IMG/VR virus record: IMGVR_UViG_2974512537_000001
Coordinates: 17,077-81,076 of that record
Source: a virus
Lineage: Duplodnaviria; Caudoviricetes
DNA: 64,000 nucleotides
Direction: 5' to 3' (one strand)
Shown: positions 50,847-58,747 of the stretch, piece by piece
Position numbering within the stretch: position 1 is the stretch's first letter
Layout: each line of letters begins with the position of its first letter
Notes under the pieces: model-generated
The model's input: only the letters and a program-made list of their open reading frames with translations
Databases searched by the model: none
Told to the model about the DNA's origin: nothing
Translations under genes and position numbers: made by a program

Positions 50847-51323
50847 TTATTGAGCTGGTTTTTGAGATGGAGCAACTGGAGTTCCTTTTGCTTCATCTGA
50901 TTTTTCAGAGTCGCCAGCGGCGTTTGTGCATACACCTTGCAGTGTATATTCAGTACCATTTGTTAAGCCGTCAACCGAGCCGGTTAATGACGTACCGAAA
51001 TCGGCAGTGCCGTTGTTCCCATCTGCTGTTTTCCAGTAAACAGTGCGCTTAGTGACCGCTGTACCGACATTCTGACCGTCAGAGAAGGTGACATCTAATT
51101 TACCATCACCAGCGCTAACCGCTAATGACGGCTTGCCGGGCACTTGGTTAGTGGTTGTAAAGTCACCAATCGTTGTCTTTGCACTTTCACCAGTATAGGC
51201 AATCTTATAACCAGAATACTTAGTGGCTGGAGTGAGTCCATTGATAGTAACTGGGGACGGTTGATTAGTTACAATCTTCTTATCCGTGTTGTCGTAAACA
51301 TCAAAATTCTTTGTCAAGGACAT
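50847..51323 (-). CDS. FN3-domain virion accessory protein (truncated FN3 + complete FN3)
   Basis: GLTPATKY and GLTNGTEY FN3 signatures; domain 1 starts at the strand-C equivalent. Confidence 0.75.
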   Translation of the reverse strand: MSLTKNFDVYDNTDKKIVTNQPSPVTINGLTPATKYSGYKIAYTGESAKTTIGDFTTTNQVPGKPSLAVSAGDGKLDVTFSDGQNVGTAVTKRTVYWKTADGNNGTADFGTSLTGSVDGLTNGTEYTLQGVCTNAAGDSEKSDEAKGTPVAPSQKPAQ

Positions 51324-51445
51324 TTCCTCCTTATCTTTGTAAATATGTACGCCCCCTCAAAAGAGGGGGTTGTTATCAAGTTTATTCGGCCGCAACTTTT
51401 ACGCTACTCACATCTGGAGTAACCTTAGTGACCTTTGGTGACGGA

Positions 51446-52735
51446 TTAATTACTCGCAGGCTTAGCAACCACGAATGCGTCAGGGTTGGTAACAGCACCG
51501 TCCATGTAGCCGTCAAGAACAACCAAATGACCACCAGCAAGCGCTTGTTGCGTATCAGCAGTAACGTGAGTTAAACGCAACCCTTGTTTAGTCATAATAG
51601 TGTAACCAGCGCTAAAGTTACCTAAAACGATTTGACCATCTGCGTTACCGTTCAATTGGTCAGATACGAACACAGGAATGCCTTGGAATGAGAATCCCGG
51701 CCGAACAGCCACAGCACCAGCAATAGTGTTTTGCATTTGTGGCTTGAAGATTAAGTGTTCGTTGTCATCATCTTTCATCTTTGATAAAGCGTTGAACACT
51801 TCACGAGATACAACAAATACGGCACGGTCTAAATATGCTGGATTAATTGAAGCTGTTAATTCAATCAATTCGTCCAACGTAGGAGTTGCACCGGCCAATT
51901 GAACAACTTGAACACCGTTATCTGCGGCAACAACTGGACGGAAAGTCTTTGAAGCGGCTTCTGGAGTCTTAGCACCAACTAATACGGCACGTTCGATAGC
52001 TTTAGCCAATGAACGACCTAAACGACCAACAGCGTAGCCAACAATGTCAGGAGCACCATCGTTAATCATCATGTTCGATAATTGCATTGAAGCACCGACA
52101 CGCTTTTGAGTTAATTCAACATACTTCAATGATGGAGTTTGTGCTTTTACTTCTTCAAGTTCACCAACGAAACCATCATCGGAAGTATCACTTTCACGGA
52201 CAACCCGTAAGTTACCAGTTACAGAACCAATCTTGTTTGACAATGCAAACACTGGTGAAGTTTCTTGTAACTTTTCAACAATGGTGTCAGCAACGGTCGT
52301 AGGAACGAGAACACCGCCGTTAGCTTTTTGACCATCAACGGCTTGTCCCCATGACAAACCATTGTCTGGTAATGCACGGTCTTCTACATCAAGACCTTCA
52401 TCATGTTCTTTTACGGCTTCAATATAGTCACGAACCGCTTTGCTACCTTGCATGTTGTCACGGAATAAATCTGCGGCCGCCCGCTTTTCAAGTTTCTTTA
52501 AATCTGCCATGTCTTTTTCAGCTCCTCGTGTATTATGTTGTGTAGGAATGGCGCTACTGCGTTGTTCATCTAAACTTGCGATTTCGTCATTGATAGAAAC
52601 AATATCTGACTTGATAGAACGCATTTCTTCTAATTGTTCGTCAGTAATAGTGCCATCTTCAATAACTGGTTTAAAGTCGTTCAGCTTGCTCTTTAAAGCC
52701 GAGCGCTTTTCCAAAAGACCTTTCTTTGTTTTCAC
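51446..52735 (-). CDS. major capsid protein, HK97 family
   Basis: Coiled-coil delta domain, GGVLVPTT, G.P.F, GNFS.GY, D...V..P.AF. Confidence 0.92.
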   Translation of the reverse strand: MKTKKGLLEKRSALKSKLNDFKPVIEDGTITDEQLEEMRSIKSDIVSINDEIASLDEQRSSAIPTQHNTRGAEKDMADLKKLEKRAAADLFRDNMQGSKAVRDYIEAVKEHDEGLDVEDRALPDNGLSWGQAVDGQKANGGVLVPTTVADTIVEKLQETSPVFALSNKIGSVTGNLRVVRESDTSDDGFVGELEEVKAQTPSLKYVELTQKRVGASMQLSNMMINDGAPDIVGYAVGRLGRSLAKAIERAVLVGAKTPEAASKTFRPVVAADNGVQVVQLAGATPTLDELIELTASINPAYLDRAVFVVSREVFNALSKMKDDDNEHLIFKPQMQNTIAGAVAVRPGFSFQGIPVFVSDQLNGNADGQIVLGNFSAGYTIMTKQGLRLTHVTADTQQALAGGHLVVLDGYMDGAVTNPDAFVVAKPASN

Positions 52736-52738
52736 TAA

Positions 52739-53959
52739 TTAGACCTCCAAATCATTAATTTCTTTTAATAATTCACGTGCTTCCATACTGCGCTTTTCAG
52801 CGTTTTTGCAAGCTCTAGTGTCATCTTCCGACCCGTCTTCATTATTACCTTTAGAATCGGTTTTTGATTTATCGTTAGGTTTACCATCTGATTCGCCAGT
52901 GTTTTCACCATTATCTGGTTTATCGTCACGTTTTTTTGGCTTTACGATAACTTCGTTTGCCGGAAGCTTTGCGCGCTTATCTGATTTCATTGAGTCAGTT
53001 TCAGTGTCATCATCTGGCATATCAGAACCGTCTGGTTCAGGAACATCGCCCTCACCATCGCGTTTAGCTAACGAAGTTTTAATACCTTCCAAGATAGAAG
53101 CGACAATACGGTCTGTCAATTCATCAATGTCAATAGTTTGTGACGGAGCTTGTGCGTCTTCTGATTCTACTTGGCCGTCATCGGTTAAATCATCATCAGA
53201 TGGTTCATCATCACGCTTTTTCGGTTTCACAATTACTTCATTGGCTGGAAGTTTACCACGTTTTTTTGGCTTTACGATAACTTCATTTGCCGGAAGCTTT
53301 GCGCGCCGTTCTAATTCAGCGAATAAATCTTTAGTTTCTACATCTCGTAGTTCCAAGTTGTTTCCCTCCTTAATATTAACAACTTCCGATACGCTATTAA
53401 TACCCCTATGTTCAAGTTCTTTTAACTCTTTAAGACCACGAGCTTCAATACTTGAACTTAGATAAGCAGGGAAACGTACCGCAGATACTTCTTTTAAGCT
53501 AATTTCTTTGACGGTTCGTAGCGGAATACCGTCATCAAATCGGCCACCAGACCTATCCCACTCATCATCAAGGACGATAAATCCAAAACTCATACTCGTA
53601 ATAACACCGCTCTTGATAAGTTCATAGGTGTCACGACCATCATTCGTGTCTAGGATTTGTGCTTCCATATACAGGCCGTCATCGTCTGCACGGAGTGTCA
53701 ATGAATGATTAACAGTGGTTGCTAGTAGCTTTTGAGCGTCATGCTCCGCATAAAAATCAATCGGGTCTTTTGTTTTAACGGCTTCAACAAATGCTTGCGG
53801 CAAAATAGTTTCACGGAAAGGGGCACCATCGGCAGACATTACTTGGCTGTAAGAACCAGCTCTGTTAACATAACCAGATACCTTTAGAGATTTATCATCA
53901 AAAGATAAATCCCGTGTTTCAAAACTAAGTGTCCGTAATTCTTTTTGTTTAATCGTCAT
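52739..53959 (-). CDS. HK97-family prohead protease with long acidic repeat tail
   Basis: EHD, DDDGL, MSFGF, EVSAV.FPAY; 3x KLPANEVIVKPKKR. Confidence 0.9.
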   Translation of the reverse strand: MTIKQKELRTLSFETRDLSFDDKSLKVSGYVNRAGSYSQVMSADGAPFRETILPQAFVEAVKTKDPIDFYAEHDAQKLLATTVNHSLTLRADDDGLYMEAQILDTNDGRDTYELIKSGVITSMSFGFIVLDDEWDRSGGRFDDGIPLRTVKEISLKEVSAVRFPAYLSSSIEARGLKELKELEHRGINSVSEVVNIKEGNNLELRDVETKDLFAELERRAKLPANEVIVKPKKRGKLPANEVIVKPKKRDDEPSDDDLTDDGQVESEDAQAPSQTIDIDELTDRIVASILEGIKTSLAKRDGEGDVPEPDGSDMPDDDTETDSMKSDKRAKLPANEVIVKPKKRDDKPDNGENTGESDGKPNDKSKTDSKGNNEDGSEDDTRACKNAEKRSMEARELLKEINDLEV

Positions 53960-55403
53960 TACCTCCTAACATATTATTGTCAGCCTTTGTTTGGTGGCTG
54001 TCATCTTGATTCTTTTGGTTAGGAGCTTTTTGAATACCTTTCGATTCCCCAGAGGAAACGTTATCTAACGTTTGGTTCTTAGGAGTAATCTTTGTGGGGT
54101 CGCCAGAACTCTGTGTAGCACCGCCAGCGACACCTAAGTTAGGAATCTTCATCTCACCAGTCTTAGGATAGTAGAGAACAGAACCAAGACTAAGGTTGAT
54201 GAAGTCTTCACCCTCGATATTACTAAAGCCAAACTTGTTACGGAACTCATCGTAAGTGATAAGCCCTTGCTTGTATAAGGCGCCATATGCGGCAACTTTT
54301 TCTTTGAAAGTGTTTTGCATAATGGTGTCGGTATCAAACTTAAAGAAGTAGCCTTGCTCTTTTTCAGATTCTAACAACAATTCCTTGTTGATTGCGGCTT
54401 CAAAACTTGCTAAAATAGGCTTTAGACAATACTGGAAAAATTGTAGGTTATTTTGCTCGTTAGAATTATACTTGTTAGCACCAGCGTTGATAAGTGTTTC
54501 TGGCAGATTAAACATACGAGCAATCTCACCTAACATGCTTTTCTTACTAGAATCCAATTGCATGTTATCTGGATTAGTACTGATTTGTTGGTAAGATAGA
54601 CCACCTTCCAAAAACAGCGTCTTACCAGAATTACCAGCTCCGGCGTAAGTCGAAGCGAACTGTTGCTTCAATCTGGCAAGAACTTCTGGTGCAACTGCTC
54701 TATCAGAACGTACGGCACCAACAGGAACCGCACCGTTAGATAACAGGTTCTTTTCATAATCGCGTTGTGCTAACGCCAGTTGGAGTGTTCCAGTGTAGTT
54801 TGCCATAATGCCGTCTGCTGTAATACCATCTTGCGAATCGGAAATAACGTTCATCAAGTCTTCCTCATCGTACTCGAATGAACCAGCTTCTGAATTATAG
54901 GTGTAAACACCATAATATTTATAGCCACCGTAAGTGTAAACCTCGGTAGTCATATAACGAGAAGCTAAAGGATAGATGGCATTAATTTTACCATCGTTTG
55001 TTCGCTCAATGTAAGTCAACGAGCGACCATACAATAGCAAGTCTTTAACGACTGAACGTTTATACGTGAAAGCAGACATTTCCTCATTCGCTTGCTTATT
55101 AAGCATTGCGATTCGTTCGTCATCTTTAACAGGAAGTGGGACACCTTGGTCGCTTGTCTTCATCAATAAAATATCAAGAGAAGCTACCGTATCAGCAACC
55201 AACGCTAACGCCGCACTGAATGCCGGAATTTCCATAACCGTATCTTCGGTGATAGGTCTGTCATCACCAGTGAAAGATAACGGCCCTGTACCAGTCTGTG
55301 ACCGAACAAAAGTACCGCCACGACTGTCCTGTCCCGGCTGTTGTTGGCTAAATGGAATCTTAAAAATGTTTTTTAAAGACCATTTGTTTTTTGTATTAGC
55401 GAT
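53949..55403 (-). CDS. portal protein, HK97 family (proposed ATC start at 55403)
   Basis: LL.GRS, EIARMFNLP, NEQ..LQF, RNKFG; frame open 56 codons above the first ATG, up to an ATC 8 nt after AGGAGG. Confidence 0.85.
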   Translation of the reverse strand: MANTKNKWSLKNIFKIPFSQQQPGQDSRGGTFVRSQTGTGPLSFTGDDRPITEDTVMEIPAFSAALALVADTVASLDILLMKTSDQGVPLPVKDDERIAMLNKQANEEMSAFTYKRSVVKDLLLYGRSLTYIERTNDGKINAIYPLASRYMTTEVYTYGGYKYYGVYTYNSEAGSFEYDEEDLMNVISDSQDGITADGIMANYTGTLQLALAQRDYEKNLLSNGAVPVGAVRSDRAVAPEVLARLKQQFASTYAGAGNSGKTLFLEGGLSYQQISTNPDNMQLDSSKKSMLGEIARMFNLPETLINAGANKYNSNEQNNLQFFQYCLKPILASFEAAINKELLLESEKEQGYFFKFDTDTIMQNTFKEKVAAYGALYKQGLITYDEFRNKFGFSNIEGEDFINLSLGSVLYYPKTGEMKIPNLGVAGGATQSSGDPTKITPKNQTLDNVSSGESKGIQKAPNQKNQDDSHQTKADNNMLGGNDD

Positions 55404-55418
55404 TTTGAATCCCTCCTT

Positions 55419-57131
55419 TTAAAGTAATGTGATGTTGCTTGCACCACCCATAATATTGGAAAATTCCTCGATTTCCCATAGGGACATAGCGTCAACAACT
55501 GCGGCGGCCATATCAATTTTACCGCTTGACTTTTTCTTGTTTAAGAAGTATGATAGATTACTGTCAGTGACCATCTTAGCATTTAAGAAGTTCTGACGTA
55601 ACATATCGTTTTTATCGTAAGCAAAATTTCCGTTTTGTAAGGCTTCGCGTAGAAGCTTCGTGCCCGGATATAGGCCACGTGCGTTCTGTGGAATTTCAAC
55701 GCCGTCATAACCACTAGCCATGAACTTGGCGACCGTAGAACGTGCATTCCACTTATCGTAACCGAAACCTTTAATCTTAACGCCATACTTTGATTCAAGA
55801 TTGAAAAAGAAATCTTCTACAAATCCATAATCAATCGTTTCGTGACCAGAGGAATATCCCCAGCCCTCATTTTCGGTGTGTTGATAATCCCAGCCCTCAA
55901 CCTTAGTCTTAACAGCGATTCGGTCTGCTGGGAAAAACGACCATGCTTTAGCAACATATTTCTGATGGTCTTCATCGAAAGTGACCATAGCTAAACCAAA
56001 GTTATCGTGACTTTCGGCAAAGTCAAGACCGACAAATACGTCACGACCGTACCAGTCAAGACCTTGTGGTAATTCGGCTCTGTCGAGTTCATCTTCGGTT
56101 GTGAATTGCTCACCTTCATCACCGTCAACGAAGATATTCATGTACTTTGTTAAGAAGTTTTGACGCTTATCTTCATAATTAACGGCGTCTTCTCGCTCGT
56201 TTAATAAACGTTCTTTAACCTTTGGTATTTCTTGTGATAGTGGGTTGACTTTTATCAGTTCTTCATCATTTGTAGCCCACTCTTTAGGTTTATCTGGTCT
56301 ATAAATCAATGCGAAATACGTGGGGTCATATAAATCACCGTCAGCAATCTTATCAGTGGCACGTTTAATTTCCTGTGTCATTGGATTATCGAGAGAGTCA
56401 TAAGCAGTTGAAATGATGATACCTAATGGGTTATCAACTAGTGTTTGACCAGATTTCATGGCGTTAACTGGATAACTGTTAGGTAAAGCACCAACTTCAT
56501 CGGCCAAAAACGCTACTGGTTCACGAGCGTCAAGACGATTATTACTATTCGCTAGTGGTTTGTAGCTGTTTTTGGTCAATAAACACGTAATATCCTTATT
56601 GTTGACTTTAAAGAAACGTGACAATTCAGGTGAACCGTCAATCAAAGAGTCAATTTGTGTTTTTAGCATTGAAGATAACTCTAAATCTGGCGCTACGGAA
56701 TAAAACTTTGAATATTTCGGCTCCAGAATAAGCAACAAAATAAAGATAATTGCAGAAATGAAAGTTTTCCCGTTCTTTCTGGGTATTAACATCGTTGCTG
56801 TGTTGTATCTTCTTAGCTTGTGATTGTCCTTATGACGCCAACAAAAGATATTGACAAAGAAAAACCACTGAAAACCAGCCAGCGAATCGTATGCACTCTG
56901 ACCCCGTCTGGGGCCAGTTGCCATAATAATTAATTTTAATAGCTTAGAAACACGATTAAGTGCATTAATATCAAAATAATAGTCACCTTTACCAGCAAGG
57001 CTCTCGTCAACTTCTCTGATAAACCTATCACAGACGAGTTTGACATCTTTGTTAGCTAAGGCTTCACCATTATGAATCTTTAAAGCATATTGATAAGCTG
57101 GGTGGTTGAAAATATCTTTTTCTTTCAACAT
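55419..57131 (-). CDS. terL: terminase large subunit
   Basis: PRKNGKT Walker A, ADEV Walker B, ISTA, GLDFAE..D, GYDKWN, KIDMAAA. Confidence 0.95.
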   Translation of the reverse strand: MLKEKDIFNHPAYQYALKIHNGEALANKDVKLVCDRFIREVDESLAGKGDYYFDINALNRVSKLLKLIIMATGPRRGQSAYDSLAGFQWFFFVNIFCWRHKDNHKLRRYNTATMLIPRKNGKTFISAIIFILLLILEPKYSKFYSVAPDLELSSMLKTQIDSLIDGSPELSRFFKVNNKDITCLLTKNSYKPLANSNNRLDAREPVAFLADEVGALPNSYPVNAMKSGQTLVDNPLGIIISTAYDSLDNPMTQEIKRATDKIADGDLYDPTYFALIYRPDKPKEWATNDEELIKVNPLSQEIPKVKERLLNEREDAVNYEDKRQNFLTKYMNIFVDGDEGEQFTTEDELDRAELPQGLDWYGRDVFVGLDFAESHDNFGLAMVTFDEDHQKYVAKAWSFFPADRIAVKTKVEGWDYQHTENEGWGYSSGHETIDYGFVEDFFFNLESKYGVKIKGFGYDKWNARSTVAKFMASGYDGVEIPQNARGLYPGTKLLREALQNGNFAYDKNDMLRQNFLNAKMVTDSNLSYFLNKKKSSGKIDMAAAVVDAMSLWEIEEFSNIMGGASNITLL

Positions 57132-57250
57132 ATCACCTCATTATATGCTATAATGTAGACTGTAAAATCTACATTTTATGTACTCTCGGCCTAAAATAAC
57201 ATGGAAAGAAAACACCGAGAAGCGTTTTGCTTTATTGTGATTAAGCTACA

Positions 57251-57323
57251 AACTCCCAGCCAGACTCGAACTGGCATTGCAAGATTAGAAGTCTAGTGTG
57301 TTATCCGGTTACACCATGGGAGC
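57251..57323 (-). tRNA. tRNA-Arg(UCU)
   Basis: Cloverleaf GCTCCCA/TGGGAGT, loop CT-TCT-AA, TTCGAGT; CCA not encoded. Confidence 0.8.
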
Positions 57324-57324
57324 A

Positions 57325-57520
57325 TAGTCCTAGCTTGGGCCACACTGTTAGGAGGTGTGCTAGGTGCAATTATGTATGGGGTCGGATAAGTAGACGTCAC
57401 TTATCGGGACTGGCGGTCAGATACAAAGCCTCTGCCGAGCAATATGGTGACCCTCCAACCATATTAATGCAAAAGTGCTGTTTATAAGGCCCGTTTAGAA
57501 GACGCGAGCGCGTTTAACTT
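57325..57520 (-). ncRNA. structured non-coding segment
   Basis: Stems AATATGGT/ACCATATT, GATAAGT/ACTTATC, CCTAGC/GCTAGG, CACAC/GTGTG; no credible ORF. Confidence 0.5.
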
Positions 57521-57522
57521 AA

Positions 57523-57615
57523 CGTGATTGGTGTGGAATCGAACCACACGCGGTAGCTAACCTCCTGACACAGCCATTGCCTTATTCTAGGTCTTACTTG
57601 CCATGCTTCAACCAC
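57523..57615 (-). ncRNA. tRNA-like RNA B (non-canonical)
   Basis: 7-bp acceptor GTGGTTG/CAATCAC, 6-bp T stem with TTCGATT loop, no canonical D or anticodon arm. Confidence 0.55.
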
Positions 57616-57688
57616 ACGCCGACTTCCATTTTTAGTTTAATGGTAACTAACGTTTTTTGACGTACACGCCATCAGTCGCTCACTGTAA

Positions 57689-57795
57689 TGTGCTTGGTAG
57701 GGATTTGCACCCCACACAAGATATGAGTACCTTTCAATCACGTATGGCCTGAGAACCCCACACAATCTAGCGTCTACCTATTCCGCCACAAGCAC
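57689..57795 (-). ncRNA. tRNA-like RNA A (Leu-like D arm, branched anticodon region)
   Basis: GTGCTTG/CAAGCAC acceptor, GCGGAATAGGTAGACGC D arm, 6-bp T stem, about 50 nt in place of the anticodon arm. Confidence 0.6.
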
Positions 57796-57809
57796 TTTTT
57801 TACGTATTA

Positions 57810-58034
57810 TTAGTTATTTCTTGGTTCATTCATCATGACAGAACTTTTTAATTGAGAATCTAAACATGTGAGCAAAGCCATTGCCTTATCATATTCTTCC
57901 CATGATAATACACGAGCGTCTAATGATGAAACAACGCCTTCAAGCCTATCTAAAATATCTTGATTACGATAAACTTCTTCTCGTTCTGTTTTTAAATCAT
58001 TAACAACCTTTTCATTAGGTACTAATTCAGACAT
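57810..58034 (-). CDS. small helical protein inside the tRNA cluster
   Basis: AGGAGG SD; 74 aa. Confidence 0.6.
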   Translation of the reverse strand: MSELVPNEKVVNDLKTEREEVYRNQDILDRLEGVVSSLDARVLSWEEYDKAMALLTCLDSQLKSSVMMNEPRNN

Positions 58035-58063
58035 ATTATCATATCCTCCTACAACAACGGTTA

Positions 58064-58147
58064 TGGCTTTGGTAGGATTCGCGCCTACTCAGTCTTTCGA
58101 CAACGGTTTTACAGACCGCCACAGCTCTCTAACTCTGTCGCAAAGCC
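58064..58147 (-). tRNA. tRNA-Tyr(GUA)
   Basis: GGCTTTG/CAAAGCC, loop CT-GTA-AA, long variable arm; atypical T loop CGCGAAT. Confidence 0.8.
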
Positions 58148-58163
58148 ATTTTAAAGTAAACTA

Positions 58164-58238
58164 TTGCGAGTGGCAGGAGTCGAACCTGCTATTTAAAGGT
58201 TATGAACCTTTCGTGATTTTCCGTTTCACTCCACCGCA
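58164..58238 (-). tRNA. tRNA with CAU anticodon (Met or Ile2)
   Basis: AAAGG-TTCATAA-CCTTT arm, canonical T arm, acceptor stem with a one-nt bulge. Confidence 0.65.
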
Positions 58239-58239
58239 A

Positions 58240-58322
58240 TGCTCTAGGTAGGACTCGAACCTACACGTCTTACGACACAAGATTCTAAATCTTGCGTGCC
58301 TGCCAAATTACACCACTAGAGC
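58240..58322 (-). tRNA. tRNA-Leu(UAG)
   Basis: GCTCTAG/CTAGAGC, loop TT-TAG-AA, variable arm GTC-GTAA-GAC. Confidence 0.88.
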
Positions 58323-58328
58323 TTATTA

Positions 58329-58402
58329 TCGGGATAGCTGGATTTGAACCAACGACATCTCGGTTCCAAACCGAGTGAACTACCAAACTGTCCTATATCC
58401 CG
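58329..58402 (-). tRNA. tRNA-Pro(UGG)
   Basis: CGGGATA/TATCCCG, CTCGG-TTTGGAA-CCGAG, TTCAAAT. Confidence 0.9.
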
Positions 58403-58408
58403 TTAATA

Positions 58409-58480
58409 CTGCTCGGGCTGGAATCGAACCAGCGACCTCTTGATTAACAGTCAATTATTCTACCGCTGAACTACCGAGCA
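58409..58480 (-). tRNA. tRNA-Asn(GUU)
   Basis: TGCTCGG/CCGAGCA, loop CT-GTT-AA, TTCGATT. Confidence 0.88.
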
Positions 58481-58484
58481 ATGA

Positions 58485-58742
58485 TTATGTATGCCCGACA
58501 CACTGGCACCCTAAGTGTCATGTTATCAGGGCTTTATCTATCTCAACCGAGGCTAGACCAGACAGATTTGGTTTTTCTACTAGTAAAAGAATGCTTGCCT
58601 CCAAAGGCTACTCCATTATGGAACTTTTACTTTCGGGTGCGCGCTTCTCGGAACTTAAATCACTATGTACATAAGTCGGGTACAAACTACCCCGCTCTTA
58701 ATTTTAATCAGATATATGTACTTCCAGCCGATTAAGACTGGA
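58485..58742 (-). ncRNA. structured non-coding segment between terS and tRNA-Asn
   Basis: Stems TTCCAGTC/GGCTGGAA, GTACATA/TATGTAC, GGGTA/TACCC, GTAAAAG/CTTTTAC, GCCC/GGGC, GACAC/GTGTC. Confidence 0.5.
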
Positions 58743-58747
58743 ATTAA

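Noticed and set aside
29388-51370. Hairpin+GTACATA elements as ordinary intrinsic terminators
   Set aside because: No U-tract follows the stems, and a fixed hexamer follows instead. A late-promoter role is not excluded but does not explain avoidance only in sense CDS.
51323-51384. Read-through fusion of the capsid extension into the FN3 gene
   Set aside because: The two are in different frames, separated by stops, a hairpin and a dedicated SD; any complementation must be in trans.
57523-57795. tRNA-like elements as tmRNA or intron-containing tRNAs
   Set aside because: No tag ORF or pseudoknot series inside an acceptor stem, and the inserts are far too short for self-splicing introns with no P7-like motif.
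57810-58034. Small helical ORF as an Acb2-like anti-CBASS sponge
   Set aside because: Only generic helical-hairpin resemblance; I cannot identify family-specific residues without an HMM search.
58063-58251. Plus-strand ORFs overlapping tRNA genes (also 57296-57487 and 58481-58735)
   Set aside because: Antisense to tRNAs or structured RNA, with no SD.
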